A DNA stretch of 63,893 nt, the filler included, from Phoronis australis (Eukaryota; Animalia; Phoronida): NCBI GenBank assembly GCA_002633005.1. It is 7 parts of 7 records of this genome, joined end to end, with 100 filler letters (N's around TTAATTAATTAA, not from the genome) between each part and the next. Parts side by side here need not be neighbours in the genome. Positions count along the whole stretch, not along the records: positions 25,800 to 43,564 come from NMRA01000202.1; positions 43,665 to 46,737 come from NMRA01003243.1; positions 46,838 to 50,877 come from NMRA01002733.1; 4 more parts are not named here. One strand, 5' to 3'. The position numbers were made by a program, and so were the translations under genes. The notes under the pieces are model-generated. The model was not told the DNA's origin, searched no databases, and worked only from the letters and a program-made list of their open reading frames with translations. This document shows, piece by piece, positions 37,301-49,106 of the stretch (its first letter is position 1; each line of letters starts with the position of its first letter).

Positions 37301-39815
37301 CCCCTGTAACTGTGAAAGAGCAAGAGTGAAAAGTAAAAATATCAAAGAAAAATAATTGTACCAAATGAACCCAAAGTTGCACCTAATGACCCCAAAATTG
37401 GTGTAAGAATTTCCTTTACGAATGAAAAGTATATACGCAATTATGTAAGCTCTAGCTCTAAACTCACTAGCACTTAATGACTCGGTTCCCTTTATTCGAT
37501 TTAAATATCAAGTGCATTTCAGGTGCACTTCTCTAGTATCTTCTTGTTATCAAAATTCGGAGAGTCTATTTAAGAAAATGTAGAAGAAGAAGCAATTTGA
37601 CAGAATGCATTCTTTGACCCGTTTCGGGTCATTCTTGTGCATTTTGAGTCAAAATCCAAGTGATCAATAGAATTAGATTGCCAACTGCTTGACCCACCAT
37701 GAATATGACCCCTCTCGATAATGAATAACATAAGAAACAGCAGATTGAAACTTGAAAGAAAAGTGCACTTGATGACCCCAAAGTTGCACCTAATGACCCC
37801 AAAGTTTGTGATTGAACTTCCTTTGTGACTGGAAGCCACATGTATAAATATGAAAGACCTAGCTCAAAAACCACTTTTGCACTTAATGACCTTTGACCCG
37901 GAAACTCAGTTCCCTTGGTCAGATTGGAAACACTTGTAAATTTCTGATGCACATCTTTAGTCCCTACTTGTTAACAAAGTTCAAAGAGTCTATATAAAAA
38001 CCTGTAGAAGAAGAAGCATTTTGATGGAATGCACTCCTTGACCTGTTTCATGTCATTCCGGTGCGGTTTGATTAAAAAATATAATCAATAAAACTCCCTT
38101 GATCATCGTATCAAACACAGTGAATAAGGTTGTTGCACATGTAAGTGAATCAGTGTAAGAGTAATTACAATATGAAAAGGAAGGAAGAAGAAGAATAAGA
38201 ACTAGAATGCAATTGCGTATGCGCACTTACAACTCTGCGCGGGGTGTATGCACATGTATAGTGAAGTATAGGTGCATTACATTGCATAAAAATTGCATCC
38301 TTTGTGTGTTAGAGAGCAATGTCCCTGGTAACTAGGAAAGATCAAAACTGAAAATAAGAATATCAACGGAAAACTGCCCAAAATGACCCCACAATTGCAC
38401 CTATTGACCCTAAAGGTTGTGACTGAATTTTCTTTACGAATGAAAGGTATATAGTTGATTATGGAAGCTCCAGTTCAAAAATCACTTTTGCACTCAATGT
38501 CTTTTGACCCGGAAACTCGGTTCCCTTTATCCGATTTAAATTTCAAGTAAATTTTGGGTGCGATTCTCTAGTACATGTATCTACTTGTTTTCAAAATTCG
38601 GAGAGTCTATCTAAAAACCGGTGGAGAAAAAGCAATTTGACAGAATGCACTATATGACCCGTTTCTTGTCATTTCGGTGAATTTTGAGTCAAATCCAAAT
38701 GATAAGTAGAATTAGATTGCAAAATGGTTGAACCACCATGAATATGAACCCTCTCGATAATGAATAATGTAAGAACGAGCAGAATGAAAAAATCTGAAAT
38801 TTAAGAGAAAAGGGCACTTAATGACCATAAAAGTGCACCCAATGACCCCAAAGTTTTGTGACAGATCTTCTTTTGTGAATGGTAATCATATGCATGATTA
38901 TGAAAGGTCTAGCTCAACAATCACTTTTGCACTTAATGACCTTTGACCCAGAAACTCGGTTCCCTTTATCCGATTTAAATTTCACGTAAATTTTGGGTGC
39001 AATTATCTAGTATTTGCTTGGTTTCAAAATTCGGAGAATCTATCTAAAAACCTGTAGAAGAATAAGCAATTTGACAGAATACACTGTTTAAACCGAATCG
39101 AGTCATTCCGATCAATTTTGAGTCAAATTCAAGTGATAAGCAGAATTAGATTGTCAATTGGTTGAACCACCATGAATACGAACCCTCACGATAATGAAAA
39201 ATGTAAGAACGACCAGATTGAAAAGGTCTGAAATTTAAGAGAAAAGTGCACCTAATGACGCCAAATTGGAAGAGTCTATCTAAAAACCTGTAGAAGAAGA
39301 AGCATTCTGTAAAAATGCACTACTTAACCCGTTTCGGGTCAATCCGATGCATTTTGGGTCAAACCATTATAATCAGAATAAACAATGATGAACCTATGAA
39401 CCACAAAGAATATGAATGTTGTTAGCGAATCGAAGTAAAAGTACTAACAATCTGAAAAGGGATGAACAATAATAATAATAAGAGGAAGAAGAATAATAAG
39501 AAGATAAAATACGTAGAACAGTAGAACTCTGCGCTGCATGCGCAGGGTAATAATAAGAATAAGAATAAGAATAAGAATAAGAATAAGAAGTTAAATTACG
39601 TAGAGCAGTAAAACTCTGCTCTTGAACGCGCAGAGTAATAAGAAGATAGAATACGTAGAACAGTAAAACTCTGCGCTTGTACGCGTAGCTTAATAAGAAG
39701 ATAAAATACGTAGAACAGTAAAACTCTGCGCTGCACGCGCAGAGTAGTAAGAATAAAAATATGAAGATAAGATACGTAGAACAGCAAAACTCTACGCTTG
39801 CACGCCTAGAGTAAT
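34400..39815. repeat. Complex array of Helentron/HINE-like units: ~410-440-bp internal tandem repeats, (AAG/AAT)n tracts and tandem 55-60-bp hairpin units
   Basis: AATGACCTTTGACCCGGAAA and TGCACCTAATGACCCC recur. Unit heads GCAATTGCGTATGCGCACTTACAACTC lie near 35695, 37190 and 38208. Hairpin ACTCTGCGC-TGCAC-GCGCAGAGT is repeated at 35490-35690 and 39500-39815. Confidence 0.7.
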
Positions 39816-40544
39816 AATCCAGTTCCTTTGAGAGACATGAAATGTTGCTGAAACCCATTCTCAATATTTAAAACAGCCGCAATACTTAAGCAATCAACTT
39901 TCAAATGTGGAGTCATAAACTCACTATATATAATTGATTTGTGATAATTCATGGCACTAGCTTGTTTGAGCGGCAAAATAAAAAAAAACTGCAGAAACTA
40001 CTACTTTCAGATTTTTGTAATGAAGAGATCAGGTGGAAAACAAGTATATTCCTTGCTACTGTCTAGTAATTCAAAAACGTATTAAGATTTCAAGATATCA
40101 CCCCACTGTACCATTCAACGCGTCATGAGAATATCAGGAAATCTTTACCTTCTCTGATGAAACAAACATGTACATTGTATTGGTGATATTAGGAATTAAC
40201 AGTGTCGAGGAATGTTGTCCCAATGTCACCAGTAAACAGTCACGAGAAATTAAATTTGTCTCTGGCTGATGTGTTTCTTGTACAGGTGTAGATCAGGGTA
40301 GAGATCAGTAACGCAAGAAACTCGTTAAGACTTCGCTAAAGAGCAAGACTTAGCGAGTATACGCGAGGCTTTGCCGTGCGTTTTATAGAAAGCCCGCGAT
40401 TTTGACTAGATTTTCTAGCAGTGAAACAACCACTGAGCTCTAAGAGGTTATTAATACGAATCATTGAATGTTAATACGATGAAATGGTTGCTAAGACATC
40501 ATCAGCGTTTGCTGTGGCCGAGTTTATTATTTTTGTTTTATCAG

Positions 40545-41633
40545 GGGTCAACAACCAAATCAACAATGATGAGTGTGAAGACGGACCTTGCCTACACGGT
40601 GCCACCTGCAGGAATCTGGTGAATGGCTATGTCTGTACGTGCGCCGCGGGCTGGAGAGGGAGGAACTGTAGTGAGAATGTTAATGAGTGCAAGGAGAATT
40701 TTCCATGTCAGAATGGTGCAACGTGCACTGATCAGATGGGGGGCTATCAATGTGCGTGTTTAACCAGCGTCGACTCACAAGGTAAAGTTTTTGCTGGGAG
40801 AAACTGCAGCGTCGAGCTGACAGGTTGCTATGGCACTAGCAATCGGTGTGAGAACAATGCCACCTGCCAACCATTCCTCAAGACCGATGGTGTGACTCAG
40901 GCAGGCTTTTGCAAGTGTCTACCAGGGTATACGGGGGATACCTGCAGCGACGGCACCACGGTGTCCATGAACGGTTACTCTCATATTATGCTGAATCCTG
41001 TTGCCTCGTTCTGGCGCATGACTTCGGTTGAACTGAGTTTCAAGACAACAGTGGACAATGGAGTCTTGTTCCACCATGACATTGATTTTTACCTGATTGA
41101 GATATTCCAGTCGAAACTTATAGTTGCCTACATGAGAAGCGACTTAGGCAAGAATTTGACTTTTGACCGCGCGGTGAATGACGGGCAGTGGCATACAGTA
41201 TCCTTATCGTTCATACGGCAATATCATTTCGACGTTTTGCGTGCGAGTTTGGACGGCGAAGGCAGCGAAAGTATAACACAGAACTGGTATACGGATTATC
41301 GCCGGTCCATGTTAACCTGGAAGCATAGGTTCTCTTACACTATGATCGGAGCAGTGAGTGACTGGTGCAGAAGCTGTTCACAGTCGCAGCGCAATTTCAC
41401 TGGCTGTCTACGAGATTTCACAATTACGTTCAACATGTTTCCTTCCTTGGATTTAAAACGCACAATGCAATTAAAATCCACTCACAACCACACAGTGAAC
41501 GTGACGGAAGGCTGCCCTAGGGTCATGCAGTGCACTCCCGACTCCTGCAGTGGGCAAGGTTTGTGCCATGATGTTTGGATTGATTACCATTGTGCCTGTC
41601 AACTCCCGTATTATGGGAAATCATGCCAGTATG
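40545..41633 (+). CDS. 1089-bp exon encoding 3 EGF-like repeats, laminin G and EGF; Crumbs-like
   Basis: TTTTATCAG acceptor, G|GTGAGT donor, phase 1-1, fully open. Ca-binding EGFs (NDEC, NVNEC); GRNCSVELTGC...CENNATCQP...CLPGYTG..C..TTVS as before Crumbs LamG1; LSFKTTVDNGVLF, VNDGQWHTV and FTGCLRD. Confidence 0.9.
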
Positions 41634-41699
41634 GTGAGTGTGAAGCACTCATTTGCCTGACATTTAGTAACTGAAACTTGAGATTGATATATTAAGAGC

Positions 41700-41790
41700 A
41701 TATTCAATTGTTTCCCATGGAAATCCGTGTGAACTGACGGGGCAACCCTGATTGTAAATAGTACATTAATAAATAAATAAATAAATAAAC
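41700..41790 (+). repeat. Probable SINE/LINE 3' tail ending in (TAAA)n
   Basis: ...GGGGCAACCCTGATTGTAAATAG followed by (AATA)5. Confidence 0.4.
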
Positions 41791-42399
41791 AGTCTACCAA
41801 CGCTGTTGCCATTAAGCCGGCGTCACGTCAGCCACAGTCTTGAATACTAGTTGTTGCAATCCAGTCGGTTTCATGGTGACCTTGCCACGTCCACAACAAA
41901 TACGAGGACATGAGGCGAGATCGTCCCATTTTGCCAAACTGTCCGGGGCTTCGCCTCCACCTACAGTACATGTACATGTACTCATCACTTACCCTCTCTT
42001 CTATGAGATCGGTAGGTGGGTTTGTAAAATATTTTAACCCTCTCGTTTTCATTGTTGTGAGACAAATTTAAATCTCCGTAGCTCTCATGGTGTGTTCGTT
42101 GATTTTAAAAAATCTATTACCGAGTTTTTGTCTCATTTCATCTGGCTTCGTCGTAAAAGCTTACCATTACAATAGTCCCCGTCTTCATACCAACGATACT
42201 TTTCGATAGACACAGATGTATGGTACAAAAACCTTTGGTTAAAATAATTTCATCTTTTTGTAACATTTCAAAGGGGTTTTACCTCTTCAATGAACACCCT
42301 CCTTTACAAAATGGTCCTCACACCGCGGTGTTCCATTGGTAAAGTGCAAATGTTTGTCTTAATTGCAACTTATTTTCTTCTGTATTGCATTGTTTACAG

Positions 42400-42450
42400 G
42401 GAAACCAAGGGTTCGACCCTCATATGTGGAAGCAACTCCAGATGAAGATA
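42400..42450 (+). CDS. Putative 51-bp next exon of the Crumbs-like gene (GKPRVRPSYVEATPDED)
   Basis: Polypyrimidine tract plus TTTACAG acceptor, GTAAGC donor; phase 1 joins in frame to the exon ending at 41633. Confidence 0.5.
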
Positions 42451-43341
42451 GTAAGCTCAAGATAAATTTATCTCATAGCACTTTTGTATCAACATTTTAA
42501 GCGTACGTGTCTATGTGTGCTGTAGTTATTCAGAAGTGACATTCAAATTTTGAGACACCTCTCTTTATTTGGTGATGTCATCAGTGTTATTGTGTCCATT
42601 GAGTTCAAAGGACAATTGGAGGTCATTGTCAACTAACCTAGACCTAAGTATAAGTATTTGACTGTGCGTTTTATTGGCTTTTTGGATGTCTTTGAAAGTA
42701 TTTTTCAAGACAAAAAAGCAGGGCAGTGTTTTGTAAATCGAGAACACGAAATTTCACACGAATGAATTGCAAATCTTTTGCGAGTGTGCTTGAGACCTTA
42801 CTGGCGTAACGTAGCAGAAAAAGCGACCGCTGGAGTGATTGGTTGAAAACGTTAATTTATGGCACTGACCTGGGATAGAATTCAATGCTTCCGGCACTCA
42901 TGCAAATATTTCTCGCTGCAAGTTTCGAGAAAATGTTTTGGAACTACATAAGTTAGCGTTGGGTTGTGTTCACAATGTAAAGGCTGCAGACCTGTACAAT
43001 TATTTAACACGAAGTTTTTTTGAATCCCAGGCGATCGGCAATGGCGCTGCGCAACACGACTCCGTCTCCGTCGACTGCTCCACTGTGCAATGAAGAAAAT
43101 TACTCATTATTCTTTCTTTGTCAAACCTTAAACTTGAGACTATTTCCAAAGCAATCACGTCGTTAATGTCCACACAAAAACCGGATTTTGGTCTTTTGGG
43201 CAATTAAGACTATTTTAAATACAACAAATTTTGTTACGAACCGATTGCACAAAATATAAAACGTGTAACAAGCATTACAAATGAAGTAGGTTTCGCACGC
43301 AAACGCTGCGGACCATAACTCAAGTAGGTTTATTACTAACA

Positions 43342-43426
43342 AGTTATGAGTGGTGGTGCAGTGGTAAAGCACGCGCGCTCTGTCAGCCAGGTCGTGAGTA
43401 CGAGTCCGTAGTAACTGCACTTTTTC
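43342..43426 (+). pseudogene. Degenerate tRNA-like / SINE-head sequence
   Basis: A-box-like TGGTGCAGTGGTAAAGCAC, B-box-like GAGTACGAGTCC, followed by a T run. No proper cloverleaf. Confidence 0.35.
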
Positions 43427-46400
43427 CAGTTTGACACGTTCTCCGTGTTTTTTTTTTCTTTGTCTTCTTTTTTCTTGGATAATACTTTAGGAATCAAGGA
43501 AAGGCTTGTTTTTAGAGGAAAAAACAAAATACTTTCCTGGCCGGGAGGGAGAGAAACCCCCTTCNNNNNNNNNNNNNNNNNNNNNNNNNNNNNNNNNNNN
43601 NNNNNNNNTTAATTAATTAANNNNNNNNNNNNNNNNNNNNNNNNNNNNNNNNNNNNNNNNNNNNAAGCCAATTGATCCATCAAAAGACAATTTATCAGCA
43701 TTCAAATGTCGTTACAAAGCTAGCGTTGATCAACTGCCTAAATTTACAAATTGAGCACAAAATTCACAAATATGGCATTGGATATCCCAGTAAAAAGGTT
43801 AATAGGGATTTGATAGTCATATGCTAGCCCACTGTTTGTCAATAAACACGAAACTGGATCAAGCATTTGTCATTGGAAATGATGGACTGTGTAATCCTAT
43901 AAGCCTGTATTTTATTCTTTAATTACGGAATGACCTACGTCAAGTGAGTAACTGAACACAGCCTGAGCTGAAACAATTTTTACACCGAGCCTAACCTAAA
44001 AAGCTCGGCTGACAATTAAGTAACTTTATACAAGAAGTAGTTAAAACATGTAGTTAACCAGGCTTCAATTTAGAAAAAAGATTTACAATTATTCATCTAT
44101 AAGCTTCCCTTGCAACTTCAATTATAAACTGCAAAATAGTATAGATAAACATCCGCAAGAGTTAGCATTAACTTTTTGTCTTGTTAAATGATGTTTAGTT
44201 CTTTATTGTTTTCTTTCTTCATTTTGTATCAATGTGAAAGAACAGCTTCAAAATGCTTTGACTGCCATGCATCTAAAGTGCATTTACAGGACACTTTCGT
44301 TGACAACTCAGGCACAGAACCAGTTGACACAGCACAACCGACATAAAACCTTAAAGGAGTCTTGCCATTATGGAAACATGTCTTACACGATTTACAGCAC
44401 CATCTAGTTTTAAACTGGGTCAGTGCTCAAAACATCAACTACAGTTATTCAGGTGGGACGTAAGAAAATCATTATTGATAGGATTCCCGTTCATAAATCC
44501 GGAGCGTGTATTTGGCAGATGGTATTTTTAGACCATTTAAGGTCGAACACAAAAAATTATACATCCTAGTGTACATTTCACACTGCCGAACATATTGGCC
44601 ATGCACGCTTTTCAAATACACCATATTGGTGAATCAGACGCCTGTTTTTGGAAAATCCTGTTTTAGTAAAACACATTTTCCTCAACTTTGAAATGAAGGT
44701 ACATATAAAAAATCTGACAATTAACAGCGCAGGCAGACCATGAGAGACGCCCATTTATGGTAAAACTGCTTTGCAAGGTGACTGGCACTAAAGCACCCAG
44801 AGAACAAAAAATATCTTTCCAAATAAGTCTAACTGGTTTTTCGGACTAAAAACAGATATTTAACAAAATTAAAATTTCTCGATTCTCAGCCTCACATTCT
44901 TTCCAGTAACCATTGACCTACACAAAAATACATATAAACCAAAGGTCTACGGTGCGTTTCATTGAACTGAGTAGTGTGGACTAGAAAAACTAGCAAAAAG
45001 GTTAACGGTTTTTGAGAAGAAACTGTTTCCATTCCTGATTAATCCAGGCAGTGGAAAAGAATTAGACCATCACTGTTACTTGTTAATTATTTCAACACTT
45101 CTGTGAATGCCAATTTAGATTAATTTCAAAGGCTTTTGCCATGGGTCTACCCATTGCTCACTTTTGCCAGTAAAAGACCTCAAAGGACCCAACATATGGT
45201 AAAACCAGATAGGGATCTGATCCACAAAATGCACAGTGCAGCAGTCTGCAATAATTGTTCAGCATGACACATCTAGGAGTTGTTAACCCATAGTGCAAGT
45301 ATGTGAGTAAACAAATCAGTTGATAGGAAACAAGGTCTTGACTAAATGGTGTCAACTCAGAGTCACCAGTTTCTGAGGTAGGTTCCATAAATTATGTTTG
45401 ATAATCTCATTCCATTTCAACATGTCTTGCTGTAAAACACAAAACTGCCAAGGCAGATCCTCTCAATAGGAAACATTCTAAATACAACTCTTTAGCACTG
45501 CGAGAGCACAAAAGCATCGACGCGTCAATGTTTTGGGGAGCTTCGGTCAGTATGAACTGTTACTTTGGTCCTGGATCGAAGTTAAAAGCGTTTGTTAACT
45601 TTGCAATGAACATGTGGATTTAACAGTGAAGCGTCGACGCTGCAGTGCAGTATGAACAGTCAACTTCGGTCCCATCGAAGTTATCACCAGGGGGCACTTT
45701 TATCGTCAAATAAAGGGCAGTGTTGTAGCTAATGGTTGCTTATACTTTGTTCGAATAATCACCAACCGAATCACAAATAAGTTTTATGTCAAATAGCACA
45801 TGGAAATGTTCCCAAATTATCGCATTAAAAAATCTTAGCATGCATGCAAAGCTTCGACGCTACCTTGCAATTACTTTTATGACATCAGCGTCACCTATTG
45901 TTTATCTCTATGTCGGTTAACTGCGGGAGCCGGTATGAGCGGTTCAGTTAACTTCGCAGTTTACGTAGACGCTCCGCTCAGATCGGAGTTAAGTCAAAGG
46001 GCCTGTTGACTTGACCCTGACAGTTAACAGGGATGAAACACAATTTCTTTCATTCATGGACATTTTGAGACATTGAATATTTTGTGTGAATTATTTGAAT
46101 ACCATACAATATTGACAATTTGATGATGATGAATTCAAATAATTTATAAAAAAAAAAATGCTGGGAAATATCCCACTACATTGAAGCCATACAAGAATGC
46201 AGAATGTTGCCCACCAACTGACCTACTGCCATCTAGCGACAAGACACATTTCATAATTTTGCCAATATACCGAAAAAGGGCTTACTTGCACTTGCGTATA
46301 CACATAGCTAGACAGCTGACCCGGAAAGGCATGACAGCCAATAAATTTGGCCTATTTCCTAAACATGACAAACCTGTTCATGGAAAAAATAGTAAATTCA

Positions 46401-46861
46401 TCTCATCCAATATACTTTCGGCAAAGTCCATGTCATGTCACGAGCTCACTTCCATGTGTAATGGCAGAAATGGGTCCAGAAATTTGCTGGAGACTCATGG
46501 AATGATGGATGCACGCAATAATTATCCTCATTCACTTGTGTGCAAACAGTGTGAGTGTACAAGTTACCTAATGTTCTTTCGTTAAATTCTGTGAAGGTTA
46601 ATGCAACTGGTTACCGTCATACTGCTTACGTCACACCCCAAGCAAATTGTAATATTTGCTTGGGGTGTGACGTTTTGAACTAGGAAAATACTAGAAAAAA
46701 CATTCAATTGCAGGTGGTCTTTATCTTTTCTTAAACGNNNNNNNNNNNNNNNNNNNNNNNNNNNNNNNNNNNNNNNNNNNNTTAATTAATTAANNNNNNN
46801 NNNNNNNNNNNNNNNNNNNNNNNNNNNNNNNNNNNNNTGGGATATCCTAGATCCGCCACTG

Positions 46862-46960
46862 GGTCCAGTGCTGGAGTGATGTGTGGTGGCACAGACTATA
46901 GTGGTCCAGTGTTGGAGTGATGTGTGGTAGCAGAGACTATAGTGGTCCAGTGTTGGAGTG
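46862..46960. repeat. 41-bp minisatellite, ~2.4 copies
   Basis: GGTCCAGTG starts at 46862, 46903 and 46944. Confidence 0.85.
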
Positions 46961-47075
46961 AATGGGAAAAATGGATTCGGGTTCACGCAAGGATCGAGCC
47001 CTTCAACATCAATAAGTTAAGACTTTACAATCTTGTAAAGCTAGGCGGCACTAGTAATATCCCGTCAGGTCGCAA

Positions 47076-47494
47076 TGGTGTGCTTGAACTTGGAATCTTG
47101 CTTAATCTCAAAGATCGCGTACAGTATGCGTGAACTTGGAATACACACAGAAACTTGACAAGTTCAATCAAATAATCACGTTCACATCTATAAAAATTTG
47201 CACTGCACTAAATCAAATTACATGCTAATAAAATAACGTAAAATTTAACCAATCTTTTTTCAGCTATTGGCAATCTCATTTAGCAAACAATAATTGATTT
47301 AAACATATTCCTTGGACTCTTTGACACAAGTTACTACAGTAGTACGGTAAAGGAGAAATGGGTGATCGTGAGGCCAATCAAAAATTCTTGACATTGAACA
47401 AAAATTTCGCCTGATTGCCCAAACGAATATTCAATTCCAAGTTCACGCATACGCGATCTTGAGGTTAAAGAGGGTTCCAGGTTCACGCACAGCA
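47076..47494. mobile_element. MITE-like element with ~60-bp imperfect terminal inverted repeats
   Basis: TGCTTGAACTTGGAATC...AGATCGCGTA..TGCGTGAACTTGGAAT against ATTCCAAGTTCACGCATACGCGATCTTGAG...TTCCAGGTTCACGCA. AT-rich core; TSD not resolved. Confidence 0.65.
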
Positions 47495-48806
47495 GCAATA
47501 CAACATGTCTCCAACACTAGATGTCACCACCCATAGTCATATGCCGCTCCGCCCGACCCCGATCAGACTCGGACGGAGCATCGTCGAACGAAAAGATGCC
47601 CAGCATTATAATTTTGAAAGCATACCGGCAACAATGGCCCATGACATCAATCCAGGAGCTCTAGAAAGATGGAGTCTATTGTCTGTGTGCTCTAAAACTC
47701 GGACATAACCCATTATTTCCTAACTCACAACAGTACAGTTCCCAATTCAAGTCAAGACAACAATCACCAATGGTAGACAGTAAACAAATTTCACGAAGTT
47801 GAAAAAGAAGACTCTTTTTACCAATACCTGGCTGTCAAAACCTGTTTTATCATACTTATAAGAAATTAAAATCATTAGAGTGTTTAAAATGCAGACATGT
47901 TACATTACGTCATGCAACACAACAAACAGTAACAAAATCTATTTTTCGTTGTTCATGGATACAGGGTGGTTCATAGTTTCCAGGTTTTGTGAGCTCATGT
48001 TAAGATTACGATTTTTTTCACGACCCCGTAAGAGATTTTCAAGAAATTTGACAAGCCCCCACCTTACGAAAGAAGGTTGAATCTTCAGCTAATTGATGCA
48101 TAAAGTGTCCATGGACCAAGAAGGTCGGCGCTTGACTGGACCTTTTGGTAGCTAAATGGACATCACACCCGCATGCCGTCATGTGACGTCCACTCATACA
48201 CAAATACGCCAATTAACGTACGGCTCGATCGCTAATTATGGTCGCCGGATCGGTTTGGAGACTGAGCTTCCATGAAAAAATCCTTTCACAGGTTTCTGTA
48301 ATAGAAACGCTCCCCGACTTTGAGGTTCATTCCATGCATAGATACTCGTTAACCTAAACCCGTTGCCATGCATGAGTCAGTCCCATGGGAGGCCATGGGT
48401 CGACCTCGAGCCTCGATCGTCTCACTGAGTAGTCGCTTTGGCCCGCTCTACCTGCCGCTCGTATACGTCCAAATTAACTAATTTCGGCGGCGGGATCAAT
48501 TCTTCTCTCATGTTCGAATTTAAAACTTATACGATCGCGTTTCCAGTGGTCTCTCACGGAGACTCCCTTAGCCTAGCTTATCATACACGATATACCTATA
48601 CAGTGTTAGCCACAGAACTCTAAAGGACAGAAGTTGTTCGGTGTGGTACAGCTTTTGCTGGCTGACAAGCCCTATAGCTCTAGTCAAATTGGTATCCGTA
48701 GATACTTTAACTCACTGAGAATTAATTTAGTTTAGAGTTGAATCAGCGTCTGAGTAGACCCGCCTGCCGAGTATCGGCAGCCGCGAGCCCTTGGAATTCG
48801 CGCAAA

Positions 48807-49106
48807 NNNNNNNNNNNNNNNNNNNNNNNNNNNNNNNNNNNNNNNNNNNNNNNNNNNNNNNNNNNNNNNNNNNNNNNNNNNNNNNNNNNNNNNNNNNNNN
48901 NNNNNNNNNNNNNNNNNNNNNNNNNNNNNNNNNNNNNNNNNNNNNNNNNNNNNNNNNNNNNNNNNNNNNNNNNNNNNNNNNNNNNNNNNNNNNNNNNNNN
49001 NNNNNNNNNNNNNNNNNNNNNNNNNNNNNNNNNNNNNNNNNNNNNNNNNNNNNNNNNNNNNNNNNNNNNNNNNNNNNNNNNNNNNNNNNNNNNNNNNNNN
49101 NNNNNN
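48807..49106. other. 300-N gap without the spacer motif
   Basis: Directly visible. Confidence 0.95.

Noticed and set aside
39500-39815. Palindromic 55-60-bp repeats resembling a CRISPR array
   Set aside because: No unique spacers, only microsatellite between units; eukaryotic context and no cas genes.
35357-39864. Long minus-strand ORFs of 156-169 aa
   Set aside because: Translations of minisatellite and (AAG)n sequence.
45158-45430. Minus-strand splice-bounded segment with a 76-aa ORF
   Set aside because: Stops in all frames from the acceptor and no recognisable protein; cannot be supported as coding.
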